From positions 459 through 54,554 of the forward strand of contig JACIVQ010000003.1 in assembly GCA_014361445.1 (NCBI GenBank): a stretch of DNA of 54,096 bases, read 5' to 3'. A program made the position numbers and the translations under genes. This document shows positions 5,668 through 15,315 of the stretch, in pieces. Source of the stretch: Methanosuratincolales archaeon (GTDB lineage Archaea > Thermoproteota > Methanomethylicia > Methanomethylicales > Methanomethylicaceae). The notes beneath the pieces were generated by a model. That model did no database searches. It was not told the DNA's origin and saw only the letters and a list, made by a program, of their open reading frames with translations. Each line of letters opens with the position of its first letter. Position 1 is the stretch's first letter.

Positions 5668-6749
5668 AGATAGCTTGGCTTCACGGTAACATGAATGTAA
5701 GTCTCGACAAACCACTTGTATGGCTCTGTCTCGGAGTGAGGGGATCGGGGAAGTCGACCTTTCTCGAGCATGTAGCTCTACAGCACTTACAGCACGGTAA
5801 CACTATCCTCGACTTATTTGGCGCTCGTTCGGGTGAGGGTCTGGCTTGGCTCAGGAGTCCCGAGGTAAAGGGCAAGCACATCCTTTTGCTGACGGATGAA
5901 GGATGTATCATTGAAGTGAACAGCAGTTTAGACTTGAGTATAAAGCCATATACAAAACTCCAGCTCAAGGACTTTGAGGACTTTGACTTGATCATAAACT
6001 CCTCACCACTTTACAGGACGCTCGACAGCGAGTTCACAGCTTGCAACCATGTTATCGATCTACTCTGGAACAGGCTCCATTGGAGACGTTTGATTTACGT
6101 GATCATAAGGGAAGCCGCTAACCTGATCTACTCGAGGGTAAAGGTCTCTGAGAACCAACTTGAAGCCAAATCCTTTCTGATATATTGGTTGCGTGAAAGT
6201 CGTCATGTCGGTTGCTCTCTGGGGCTCGATAGTCAGAGGTTCATGGCGCTCGATACGGATGTGAGATCCCAAGTCGACTTCTTGGTATTGAAGGCACAGG
6301 GACTCTTTGGTTTGCCGAGGGATATGTGGCATGTTTACCGTTGGATCAAGCCAGGTTGGTTACAGTACGCCAAGCCCCACGAGTTTGCGATAGTGAGTAG
6401 ACAGGGAGACATCGGTGTTGGGACTTTCCCGTTTCACGAATGGCACAAACGCGAGGGCGAGGACATCCTCCAAGTCGCTGGTATCAAAGTCCAGTTCGAA
6501 GAGAGACCTGAAGAGGGTGCAGATAGGGGTCGTTACAAGACGGTCGGTGATGAAGAGCACGCCCGAATCATCAGTTTGTATACTGAAGAAGGAAAGAGTA
6601 TGGAGAGTATAGGCAAACAGTTGGGGAGGAGCGCAAAGACAGTCTACGACCACATTCACGAACACAACAATGACGTCGAGCGGTTGGGTTACTGTCCGAA
6701 ATGCCGAAGAGCCAGCAGTCCGTTAGCCGAGGTCAAAACTACACGCTGA
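5664..6749 (+). CDS. P-loop NTPase (FtsK/HerA/Zot/A32-like flavour) fused to a C-terminal helix-turn-helix and a CxxC element, 361 aa
   Basis: Walker A GVRGSGKST. Walker B candidates are HILLLTDEG or LIYVIIREAANL. ESRHVGCSLGLDSQRF resembles the (R/K)xG...xxQR segment of HerA/FtsK/Zot-type ATPases. C-terminus EEHARIISLYTEEGKSMESIGKQLGRSAKTVYDHI is an HTH, followed by GYCPKCRR. Confidence 0.6.
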   Translation: MKIAWLHGNMNVSLDKPLVWLCLGVRGSGKSTFLEHVALQHLQHGNTILDLFGARSGEGLAWLRSPEVKGKHILLLTDEGCIIEVNSSLDLSIKPYTKLQLKDFEDFDLIINSSPLYRTLDSEFTACNHVIDLLWNRLHWRRLIYVIIREAANLIYSRVKVSENQLEAKSFLIYWLRESRHVGCSLGLDSQRFMALDTDVRSQVDFLVLKAQGLFGLPRDMWHVYRWIKPGWLQYAKPHEFAIVSRQGDIGVGTFPFHEWHKREGEDILQVAGIKVQFEERPEEGADRGRYKTVGDEEHARIISLYTEEGKSMESIGKQLGRSAKTVYDHIHEHNNDVERLGYCPKCRRASSPLAEVKTTR

Positions 6750-6851
6750 GTTTAACGCTTTTTACATGAAATGATATAGGGTCTTTCGTGTAGAAACACA
6801 TGAACTTACCATCAAATATGAGTTGTGGTTAATTCGTTCCAGACCGTAGGC

Positions 6852-9698
6852 TCAACCTATCATCCATGAGTCAAGCCGTTTAGAAGGTTCAGCATGTTTT
6901 AGCCGTTCTTTCTTTGTTTTCTTTATGGGCTTCCACTTCTCAGCAGTCTCAACTAATATATCAACTTCTTTTCTTTGAAGTCGCATCCTTCTAAGAGACT
7001 CTAAACCTTCATAAACTTGCTTACGTTCTGTTTCACTTAATCCCAATACATCAAAAACAGCATTGTCAAGTTCTCTTCGCGCTTCTTGCTCTAACTTTTC
7101 ATCACCCTTATTCTGAGCCTCACAAATCTTTAAGAAAGCAACCTCAATTTTCTTTCTTTCTTCCTTCGAGAGTTTTTCTGGGTTTAAGACGGGAAGGTTT
7201 TTGCTTTCATAGACTGTAAGTTCAAGAACCCCTCCACCATAAAAACGTCCATGTAGTTCTGATAGAAAAGCTGTTACTGAAGAGTTTAGTAACCCTGCAA
7301 GAACTATTATATTTTCTTTGGAGTTAGGGTGCACTTCGTAAAAGCATTGATGTGCATATGCATTTGCTTTATTTAATGAATATACACATTGTTCCCACAT
7401 TTTACGAGCAAATAGTATGGGAGCGGGTTTTCTTTCACCTAAATCATACCATCTTTTTCTTGATATAAGCGTAGAGAGGTTGTTATATCCTTTTACTAAG
7501 CTTCCCCCTCTCCTTCCTCCTCTTATTCTTATTTCGATGTTTTCTCCATGTTCAATGTATTTTAATGCCTTAGCGTCTTCTTTCTTAAGGTCTTCTTTAT
7601 CTATGTGAACCATAAACACCCATTGGTTGATGTCGTCTGACTTAATTTCAACTCCTATATTTTGAGGACTTGTTACAACAGGTTTCAGATATTTATCTTC
7701 TATACCCCAAAGCTTTACTTTTTCTTTATCAAGATAAAAGAATTCGTCCGCACCTGTCGTAAATCCTCGCCTAATTTCAGCGATTTCTCCAAGTTTAACC
7801 ATCTTAGGATGTTGTTTTAGTTTGAAGTATATTATCGGACTCCTTAGAAATAATCCCCATTTTTCTTCTGGTTTGAGTTCTTTTTGTTTCTTTAGTGTTA
7901 TTCCTACACGCTCGTTTTCAAAATCTTCTTTGGCTGTTTCAATTATTCTGACTATTTCTTGTATAGGAATGGGTTGCTTTATTCTAACAAACTTGACGGT
8001 ATTGTTTTCTTTAGCTTCTTTAGATTCATCCTCTTTTTCCAAAATGGTTATGCACGTTCCTACCAAGGCTCTTTCAAAGGCTCTAACATCATACCAGATT
8101 ATTGCATGAATCTTGAAGTGGTCAAGAAAGAACCGTTTCACGCCTTCCCCGTAACCTACATCAAGCCAAGTATCAGATGTTATTTGACCCATCATACCGT
8201 GATTCTTGAGAAATTTTGCACTATGAGTAAAGAAATAAGTATAGATTCCCGCTTGAGCACTAATGTCAATCTTTGAACCGTCTGAGTAGGTTAAGGCTTC
8301 CTCTCTAATCTTGTCTTTATATTCCATCTCTTCCTGTCTTGTATAGGGTGGATTGGTTACTACAACGTCAACTAGTGGGATTATATCGTCTGAGGGCTTA
8401 ACCTTAAAGAAATCACTCACAATTAGGTTGATATGTTTACTTGGCACCTTAAGATTTCTAATAGCTAAGTTTATACTGGACAACTGTGCTGGAAATGGGT
8501 TTATGTCTATACCGTATAGCTGGCTCAAAATCTCTTCATGTAGCCTATTTTCATCAGCAAATGGATTCTCCTTCTTCTTCAAATCCTTAAGCTTATGATA
8601 GGCTTTAACGAGGAAACTTCCACTTCCACAAGCAGGGTCAAGAACTTTATCTTTTGGTGACTTGATGCACATCTCAGTTATTAGCTCAACTATGGGCGGT
8701 GGAGTATAATATTGTCCAAGTCTATGTCTTTCAAAGTCTGGGATGAGCTCTTCATAAACCCTACCTATAATGTCGCTTCTTATTTTGGCTAAGTTGTATG
8801 TTCCAAGCTCTTCAATGAACTCTTCCAAAGCATACATTAGTTTCTTAGAGAACGGTATCTCATCCAAAATTGGATGATGCTCAAAAATAGCTTCATAATC
8901 AACCTCTTTAGACACTCTGCTAAAGTACTCCGATAACTTTTGAGAGAAAACATTAGGGTCTTCTGTTTCAATTTTCTTCAGTTTTGGGATCGTTAGTATT
9001 TGTGCTTCTAATGTCTTGTAGAAGGTAAGCCTATTCATTAACATATAAGCCAATTGTTCAGCTATACGTTCATTCATTTCTGGAGAGTATTCGAAAAGCT
9101 GAGACTTAAGCCATGAAATGTACTTTTCCTTAAACCCTAAATCCTCATTTAGCTTATGAGTTAATGATTCCAAAATAAAGGGGGTTATGAAGTTATGAAA
9201 TGTTCTAAGTCTTTGTAGGAATACATCATCAAGCTCAAGCCATTTTCCTACACCAATCCTAAATCGACACACTTCTTCAAGTAGTGTCTTAGCAAACTCC
9301 TCATCAAACGAAACTTTGTAATGCTTAAGCCTTCTCTGGGGTAAGGGCACTCCAGCAGTAAAGGTGTCAAATAGAACAAACACTTCACCATTGCAGGTGG
9401 CAAAATAAGGAGCACCCAATTCAACAGCATAATTTGACGCTTGTCTAATAACATCAATACTATAGGGGTCAAACTTTCTATCAATAAAAGGAACCTTACG
9501 CTTAGTCTCAATTACCAACAATGAAATCTTCTTACCTTTTTCAATAGCTTCAACAACCAAGTCTGGTCTACCATTAATAGTGGGCTCAAACCTAACGCCA
9601 ACAAATTCAATATCGTTATAAGAGAACTTCTTGGCAATAAGATTTTGAAGAACGCGATAAAGCTCAACTTGAATGTTTCTCTCAAGCATCGAAATCAA
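6852..9698 (-). CDS. Type IIG (single-chain R-M-S, Eco57I/MmeI-like) restriction endonuclease / N6-adenine DNA methyltransferase, 948 aa
   Basis: N-terminal PD-(D/E)xK: GRPDLVV...LLVIETKRK. Methyltransferase motifs GQYYTPPPIV, VLDPACGSGSFLV (motif I) and VVVTNPPYTRQ (motif IV, NPPY). Long C-terminal specificity-like region. Sampled lines are about 33-35 percent GC. Confidence 0.8.
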   Translation of the reverse strand: MISMLERNIQVELYRVLQNLIAKKFSYNDIEFVGVRFEPTINGRPDLVVEAIEKGKKISLLVIETKRKVPFIDRKFDPYSIDVIRQASNYAVELGAPYFATCNGEVFVLFDTFTAGVPLPQRRLKHYKVSFDEEFAKTLLEEVCRFRIGVGKWLELDDVFLQRLRTFHNFITPFILESLTHKLNEDLGFKEKYISWLKSQLFEYSPEMNERIAEQLAYMLMNRLTFYKTLEAQILTIPKLKKIETEDPNVFSQKLSEYFSRVSKEVDYEAIFEHHPILDEIPFSKKLMYALEEFIEELGTYNLAKIRSDIIGRVYEELIPDFERHRLGQYYTPPPIVELITEMCIKSPKDKVLDPACGSGSFLVKAYHKLKDLKKKENPFADENRLHEEILSQLYGIDINPFPAQLSSINLAIRNLKVPSKHINLIVSDFFKVKPSDDIIPLVDVVVTNPPYTRQEEMEYKDKIREEALTYSDGSKIDISAQAGIYTYFFTHSAKFLKNHGMMGQITSDTWLDVGYGEGVKRFFLDHFKIHAIIWYDVRAFERALVGTCITILEKEDESKEAKENNTVKFVRIKQPIPIQEIVRIIETAKEDFENERVGITLKKQKELKPEEKWGLFLRSPIIYFKLKQHPKMVKLGEIAEIRRGFTTGADEFFYLDKEKVKLWGIEDKYLKPVVTSPQNIGVEIKSDDINQWVFMVHIDKEDLKKEDAKALKYIEHGENIEIRIRGGRRGGSLVKGYNNLSTLISRKRWYDLGERKPAPILFARKMWEQCVYSLNKANAYAHQCFYEVHPNSKENIIVLAGLLNSSVTAFLSELHGRFYGGGVLELTVYESKNLPVLNPEKLSKEERKKIEVAFLKICEAQNKGDEKLEQEARRELDNAVFDVLGLSETERKQVYEGLESLRRMRLQRKEVDILVETAEKWKPIKKTKKERLKHAEPSKRLDSWMIG

Positions 9699-9965
9699 CC
9701 TTATCTCGAACTTGAATAATCTCTATTCTTTTTCTAATAAAAGCTATGATGGCGGGTCAAAAGGTTAATATTTAATCATTTATTTATTTTGTATGTATGC
9801 TTCTCTCTTAAATGTAAAATGGGGGTTTCTATAAATGTTTACATTAAATTTTACCAATTTTTCACGAGTCTACACTCAACCAAATTAGAATTTAATTTTT
9901 ATGGGCAATATTTCATACCCGGATATGGTAATTTAGAGCGAATTGAGCGCTTTTATCATTTTTTA

Positions 9966-12011
9966 TTATGTTGTGGGATAGTTGATCTTGTAGATCAATA
10001 CCCACAAGTTATTGGAAGTGTAAACCAGTTCGAAGTGCTGTGGAGCGGTTATGTTCAATTTAAGCACAGAGCTGTACCCATCTCTGAATGGGTAGAAGAG
10101 GAGTTGGTACAAGAGAGTGTCAGAGGCCTTTGGTCCGGCCGGCAGCGGGTAATTTATCGTAGATGTTCCAGTACTTAGAGAGACGCCCCTAATGTAATCG
10201 GATGTATTATATCCAGCAATGGCCATCATTGCTGTGGACTTCTCAAAGTCCCCAATGACTGACCACGGCGGCAGCCCTATGAGGGGATCCGTTGACGCAA
10301 AGATCCATGGCTCGTATACGACTACATAATCCACCCTCATCTTTCTAAATATCTCTAGGGCATACGTCTCGTTGTTTAAGAATGCCTCAGCGATCAGTTT
10401 TATCTGAGTTCCATTTGTTGTCGAGTTGTCAGCTATGACTGATTTATTTGCGACCACGTTTATCCAGTAACCGTAATCCCACCAACACCCCACTATGCTC
10501 TCTGGAGGGATGTTGATGCGCATCCATTCCAAGGCATCCAACCAGTCATCAATCTCTGCAGCATAGCCAGTAGAGGACGACACAATCATGGCAGGTCTGT
10601 TTGCAGCTCTCAAATTTGTGTATATTAGAGGGGTTGTGCCTGCCACTATTATTGCAATCACAATAATGCCATAAAGTCGCCCTAGCTGGCGCGCGTGGGT
10701 TTTTTTGTCCCCCTCAATCTTCTTGGTTAAAGAGATGTTGTTGAAGAGATTAGTAAGGGCCAAGCCGCTGAGTATGGCCAGGGCAGGTGCGACAACTATC
10801 AATAGTCGTACATAATTCCCTGCGCCCCAAAGAGCCATCAGTGCAAAAAGCACAATGAATATGTCCTTGTACTTCATGCGACTCAGGGCAAAGTACACGC
10901 CAACCGGTGCCAAGATTATGAGGAGGTGGTAATTTGTGAAGAAGGTCGACCAGGTGGCAGGGAACTGCTCGCCAACAGTCCCGACTATGGGTGAGCCCGC
11001 ACGCGAGAATGGGTTGACGAATAAAAGGAATTTCCCTGCTATAGGACCAAGCACGCCACTCAGCGTAATAGCGCCTGCTATAACTAGTATTCCAAGGACT
11101 GCCCCTATGGAGGTTTTCCTTCGTAGATCCTTGTCTTGGATGAATGATGTTGCAGACATAACAACACATACTATGAAGGCGGTCATGGGAACAACAGTAT
11201 AGGGGGAGATAGCCTCATCGACACCAATGTTCGGGGCAAATGCCATTCCTAACATAGTGATTGATGAAACGACTGTAACGGCTATGGACAGCTGCTTGCT
11301 CCACCTTCCTGTTAAGACTAGTATGATGGAGTATAATGCCAATAGGTTTAGTGGGTAGAGGTAGGCACCCCAACAGAGTGTCATGTAAGCGAGTGCCAGG
11401 CCAGATATTATCGAATAGGGAATGGTCCTTTTTTTCAGCGCTTTCATGAAAAATATCAGCGCTATTAGCATGCCAAGCAGTCCGGTTGCTTCAGTATCGA
11501 AGAAGCCGAGGCTAGTACGTTGTATAGAGGTTGGGTCAATAGCAAATATTAAGGATGCAAAGAGACCGACACCTCGACTCACTAGCTCTTTTCCTAGGAG
11601 GAAGACCAGGAAGGTAAGTATGCCTCCGGAAATGACAGGAAAGAATGCTAGGGCTTCATAAAGGGTAATGTTAAAACCTAGAGATTTTAGCAAGAGGTAG
11701 AATGCGGCGCCTGTGAATGGCACACCCATTTGTGCCTGAGAGGGGACGTCAGTCCCCCAAGGAGCCCATCTTGTTGGATCGAACCAAGAGAACCAAGCGG
11801 TAAAGCCGTTCTCAACCACATATTTTGCACCCTTGTACTGGATGTAAGGGTCGAACTCATCCAAGTACACCCCCCACTGAATCGGGAGGAGACGGATAGC
11901 CACTGATAGGGCGATTATGGATACGAGTGTGGCATAAACAAGAATGTCAGTCTTTGTGATACTCGTCCGCGATGGTAAACTTATGCGCATAATTGTACCT
12001 CTACAAGACAA
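9966..12011 (-). CDS. aglB: Archaeal oligosaccharyltransferase AglB (STT3 family)
   Basis: Multi-TM N-terminal domain and the catalytic WWDYGYW motif (CWWDYGYWINV). The start may be the internal MRISLP. Confidence 0.85.
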   Translation of the reverse strand: MSCRGTIMRISLPSRTSITKTDILVYATLVSIIALSVAIRLLPIQWGVYLDEFDPYIQYKGAKYVVENGFTAWFSWFDPTRWAPWGTDVPSQAQMGVPFTGAAFYLLLKSLGFNITLYEALAFFPVISGGILTFLVFLLGKELVSRGVGLFASLIFAIDPTSIQRTSLGFFDTEATGLLGMLIALIFFMKALKKRTIPYSIISGLALAYMTLCWGAYLYPLNLLALYSIILVLTGRWSKQLSIAVTVVSSITMLGMAFAPNIGVDEAISPYTVVPMTAFIVCVVMSATSFIQDKDLRRKTSIGAVLGILVIAGAITLSGVLGPIAGKFLLFVNPFSRAGSPIVGTVGEQFPATWSTFFTNYHLLIILAPVGVYFALSRMKYKDIFIVLFALMALWGAGNYVRLLIVVAPALAILSGLALTNLFNNISLTKKIEGDKKTHARQLGRLYGIIVIAIIVAGTTPLIYTNLRAANRPAMIVSSSTGYAAEIDDWLDALEWMRINIPPESIVGCWWDYGYWINVVANKSVIADNSTTNGTQIKLIAEAFLNNETYALEIFRKMRVDYVVVYEPWIFASTDPLIGLPPWSVIGDFEKSTAMMAIAGYNTSDYIRGVSLSTGTSTINYPLPAGPKASDTLLYQLLFYPFRDGYSSVLKLNITAPQHFELVYTSNNLWVLIYKINYPTT

Positions 12012-12099
12012 AATTCTTTCTGAAGAGAAACATTTAAACCCTATGGTTGAATTAGGAAACTTTAATGTCGGACCTTAATGATAATGCTGGTGATGACAC

Positions 12100-15000
12100 A
12101 TGAGTGTGATCGGTGAGATCCCAAAGGAATATGATGCAAAAAGTTTTGAGAAGGAGATATTCGAGTTCTGGGAGAAGGAAAGAGTCCCAGAAAAAGCTAG
12201 ACTGAAGGGTAATGAGAAGTTTTACTTTCTTGATGGTCCACCTTATGTGACAAACCCGATTCATGTTGGGACGGCTTGGAATAAATCCCTAAAGGACGCC
12301 TATATAAGGTACTTCAAGATGAGGGGCTACCTTGTGAGGGACCAGCCCGGTTTCGATATGCACGGGCTACCGATTGAGGTTATGGTCGAAAAGAAGCTGG
12401 GCATAAAGACAAAAAAAGAGATCGAGGCACTGGGGATAGAGAATTTCGTTAATGCTTGCAAGAATTTCGCGTTGGAAAATCTGAAGGTGGCGACCTCCCA
12501 GTTCCAAAATCTGGGCGTCTGGATGGATTGGGAGAGACCTTACAGGACTCTGGACAACAGTTACATCGAGTCAGTCTGGTGGCTCATAAAGAGGGCGAAT
12601 GAGAGAGGGTTGTTGGAAAAAGGAAATAAAATAGTCCACTGGTGCCCCAGATGCGAGACTGTACTGGCAGGCTATGAAGCTACAGATGAATATAGAGAGA
12701 TCGAGGACGATTCAATTTATGTGAAGTTCAGGATCGAAGGTAGGGAAAAGGAGTACATCGTGATATGGACAACCACGCCATGGACCCTGCCCGCAAACGT
12801 AGCAGTCATGGTAAACCCAGATTTCATGTATGCCAAGGTAAAGGTCGGGGACGAGACATACATAGTAGCAGAGGATAGGATAGCAGCAGTATTCGGGGAA
12901 GAGAAGTATGAAGTTGTTGAGAGAGTCCCGGGGAGCAAATTAAGCGGCCTGAGGTATGTCCCCCCGCTCCTCGATGAAGTCCCTAAGCAAAAAGAGCTCT
13001 CCCCGGCGCACTTTGTCGTTCTTAGCGACCTGTACGTTTCTCTTGAAGAAGGAACAGGTTGTGTACACACCGCCCCTGGGCATGGTGAAGAGGATCACGA
13101 GGTGGGCGAGGTCTATGGGCTGCCAGACTTTTGCCCGGTCGACGAAAGGGGAAGGTTCACTGTGGATGGCGGAAAATATGCCGGCAAGGATGTGAGAGAA
13201 TCTAACAGGGAGATCATTGAGGACCTAAGGAAGAAGGGATTGTTGCTTAAGATGGAGAGGACGAGGCACAGATACCCACACTGCTGGAGGTGCAAGACTC
13301 CACTAATATTGAGGCTTGCGACTCAATGGTTCATAAAGGTCACCGAGATAAAGGAGAGGATGCTTGAGGAGAACGAAAAAGTTGACTGGGTGCCTGAGTG
13401 GGCAGGCAAGGCAAGGTTCGGAAACTGGATAAAGAATGCAAAGGACTGGGTCATCTCTAGGCAAAGGTATTGGGGGGTCCCGCTACCGATATGGGTCTGC
13501 AGCAAGTGTGGAAGGTATGATGTTATAGGTTCGCTTTCAGAACTCAAGGAGAAAGCTCTTAGTAAAATTGGAGATATTGACCTTCATAGACCTTGGGTGG
13601 ACTATATAAAGATAAGGTGCACGTGCGGGCATGAGATGGAAAGGGTGAACGATGTTGCAGACGTTTGGATGGATTCAGGTTCTGCATCATTCGCTTCGCT
13701 CCATTACCCATCAGAGCCGAAGGAGTGGGAGAAGTGGTGGCCGGTGGACATGATACTAGAAGGTCACGACCAGACGAGGGGCTGGTTCTATACCTTAATG
13801 GTTTGCGGGATAATCGCCTTTGACTCCGTACCGTACAAGAGGGTTCTGATGCACGGGTTCACGATAGACCAAGACGGAAGGGCGATGCACAAGTCCCTCG
13901 GGAATGTCGTATATCCTGAGGAGGTTATAGAGAAATATGGAAGAGACACGCTGAGATGGTATGAGCTAGGGTGTACTACTTGGGAGGATCTGAAATTCAC
14001 TTGGAAGAGTGTGGAAGAGACCTCAAGGTTCATGGGAATACTTTGGAGCACTTATTACTTTGCGAGCCTATACATGAGCCTTGACAAGTTTTCTCCCGAG
14101 AAGTACAGCATTGATAAGGTCTCTGGTTGGCTCAAGGATGAAGACAGATGGGTTCTTTCGAGGCTGGAGCGCCTCATAAAGAATGTGACGGAGTCGATGA
14201 ATGGACTACGAGTCTTTGAGGCGGTCAGAGAACTAGAGTACTTTATGAAAGAGGAGTTGAGCAGATGGTACATCAAGCTTATTAGGAAGAGGACTTGGAC
14301 CGAGACCGAAGACCCTGAAAAGATAGCAGCCTACGCCACGCTCTACGAGGTTTTGTTCAATTATCTCAAGATGATCGCGCCAATAGCTCCCTTCGTCTCA
14401 GAGAAAATATACCAAGGGATGTTCAGAAAAAGGACCGAGATGCCAATAAGCGTTCATATGCTCGAGTGGCCATCCTCTGACAGGGGATGGCGCGACGCCG
14501 AACTCGAAGGCGATATGGAGATAGTGAAGGAGATCATAGAGGCTTCTTATAGCGCAAGGCAAGCAGCCAGAATAAAGACGAGGCAACCTTTGATGAAGCT
14601 GAGGGTTGTCTCCAAAGAAGGATCCGTAATAAGGGCGATCTCGAGATTAAAGAAGATAGTTCTTGACCAAGCAAATGTAAAAGAAGTCGAGGTCATATCG
14701 CCAGAGGAAGAGGAAAAAATGAAGGAGATCAAGCTAGTAGCCAACCCCTCAGTCATAGGACCAATTTTTAGAGGGAAGACAAAGATTGTGGCTGAGAGGA
14801 TAGAGGCAATGGATGGCAAGGAGGTTTTGAGAAGTCTGAAGGAGGGCAAAACAGTGATTTTCGAGGTCGATGGCGAAAAGTTTGAGCTTAAGAAGGAATA
14901 TGTGACGGTTCAAGAGAGTGTGCCTGAGAATTACAAAGGAGCGAGTTGCAGGTTTGGCATGGTCTACATTGACACGACGAAAGACAAGGATTTGATAGCT

Positions 15001-15264
15001 GAAGGACTGATGAGAGACATTATCAGAAGGATCCAGGAGATGAGGAAGAGGGCTGCCTTGAAGGTGGATGCTTTCATCAAAGTTTGGATAGGCGTACCAT
15101 CCGAAGAAGTTAAAGAGATGGTAAAGGCTAAAGTGAAGGAGATCTCCACAGAGGTCAGGGCAAAGGAGATGTATGTGGACCTAGGAAAAATAGAGAAGGG
15201 AACCTTCAGAGACGAGTGGCAGATAGACGGGGAGGAGTTCTTCATAGGTATAGAAGAGGAGTAG
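12100..15264 (+). CDS. ileS: Isoleucyl-tRNA synthetase
   Basis: 1054 aa. PPYVTNPIHVGTAWNK (HIGH-type motif), MHKSLGN (KMSKS-type motif), Zn-binding CPRC/CWRC pairs, archaeal-length C-terminal extension. Confidence 0.93.
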   Translation: MSVIGEIPKEYDAKSFEKEIFEFWEKERVPEKARLKGNEKFYFLDGPPYVTNPIHVGTAWNKSLKDAYIRYFKMRGYLVRDQPGFDMHGLPIEVMVEKKLGIKTKKEIEALGIENFVNACKNFALENLKVATSQFQNLGVWMDWERPYRTLDNSYIESVWWLIKRANERGLLEKGNKIVHWCPRCETVLAGYEATDEYREIEDDSIYVKFRIEGREKEYIVIWTTTPWTLPANVAVMVNPDFMYAKVKVGDETYIVAEDRIAAVFGEEKYEVVERVPGSKLSGLRYVPPLLDEVPKQKELSPAHFVVLSDLYVSLEEGTGCVHTAPGHGEEDHEVGEVYGLPDFCPVDERGRFTVDGGKYAGKDVRESNREIIEDLRKKGLLLKMERTRHRYPHCWRCKTPLILRLATQWFIKVTEIKERMLEENEKVDWVPEWAGKARFGNWIKNAKDWVISRQRYWGVPLPIWVCSKCGRYDVIGSLSELKEKALSKIGDIDLHRPWVDYIKIRCTCGHEMERVNDVADVWMDSGSASFASLHYPSEPKEWEKWWPVDMILEGHDQTRGWFYTLMVCGIIAFDSVPYKRVLMHGFTIDQDGRAMHKSLGNVVYPEEVIEKYGRDTLRWYELGCTTWEDLKFTWKSVEETSRFMGILWSTYYFASLYMSLDKFSPEKYSIDKVSGWLKDEDRWVLSRLERLIKNVTESMNGLRVFEAVRELEYFMKEELSRWYIKLIRKRTWTETEDPEKIAAYATLYEVLFNYLKMIAPIAPFVSEKIYQGMFRKRTEMPISVHMLEWPSSDRGWRDAELEGDMEIVKEIIEASYSARQAARIKTRQPLMKLRVVSKEGSVIRAISRLKKIVLDQANVKEVEVISPEEEEKMKEIKLVANPSVIGPIFRGKTKIVAERIEAMDGKEVLRSLKEGKTVIFEVDGEKFELKKEYVTVQESVPENYKGASCRFGMVYIDTTKDKDLIAEGLMRDIIRRIQEMRKRAALKVDAFIKVWIGVPSEEVKEMVKAKVKEISTEVRAKEMYVDLGKIEKGTFRDEWQIDGEEFFIGIEEE

Positions 15265-15315
15265 CATCTACAGCGATCACTTTGAATGGTAGAGAAAGGA
15301 AGGAGCAGAATATAA

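Larger units (their letters stand above)
1196..6749 (+). mobile_element. Putative integrated element / provirus- or satellite-like remnant: divergent regulator plus co-directional coupled cassette. Boundaries are uncertain.
   Basis: Compact same-strand gene string with overlapping stop/start codons, DUF3987-like and ATPase-HTH genes, many orphan mini-proteins, and a flanking defence-type gene on each side. No integrase or att repeats were found. Confidence 0.35.

Noticed and set aside
6764-6779. Similarity of ACATGAAATGATATAG (6764-6779) to ATATGAAATTGTCATAT (1077-1093) as direct repeats bounding the element
   Set aside because: The match is short, gapped and AT-rich. It cannot be distinguished from chance without statistics or comparative genomes.
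9789-10178. 129-aa plus-strand ORF starting in the AT-rich spacer and running into the aglB 3' end
   Set aside because: It has a TTG start in a promoter/terminator spacer and overlaps the strongly supported aglB gene on the opposite strand. No motif was found.
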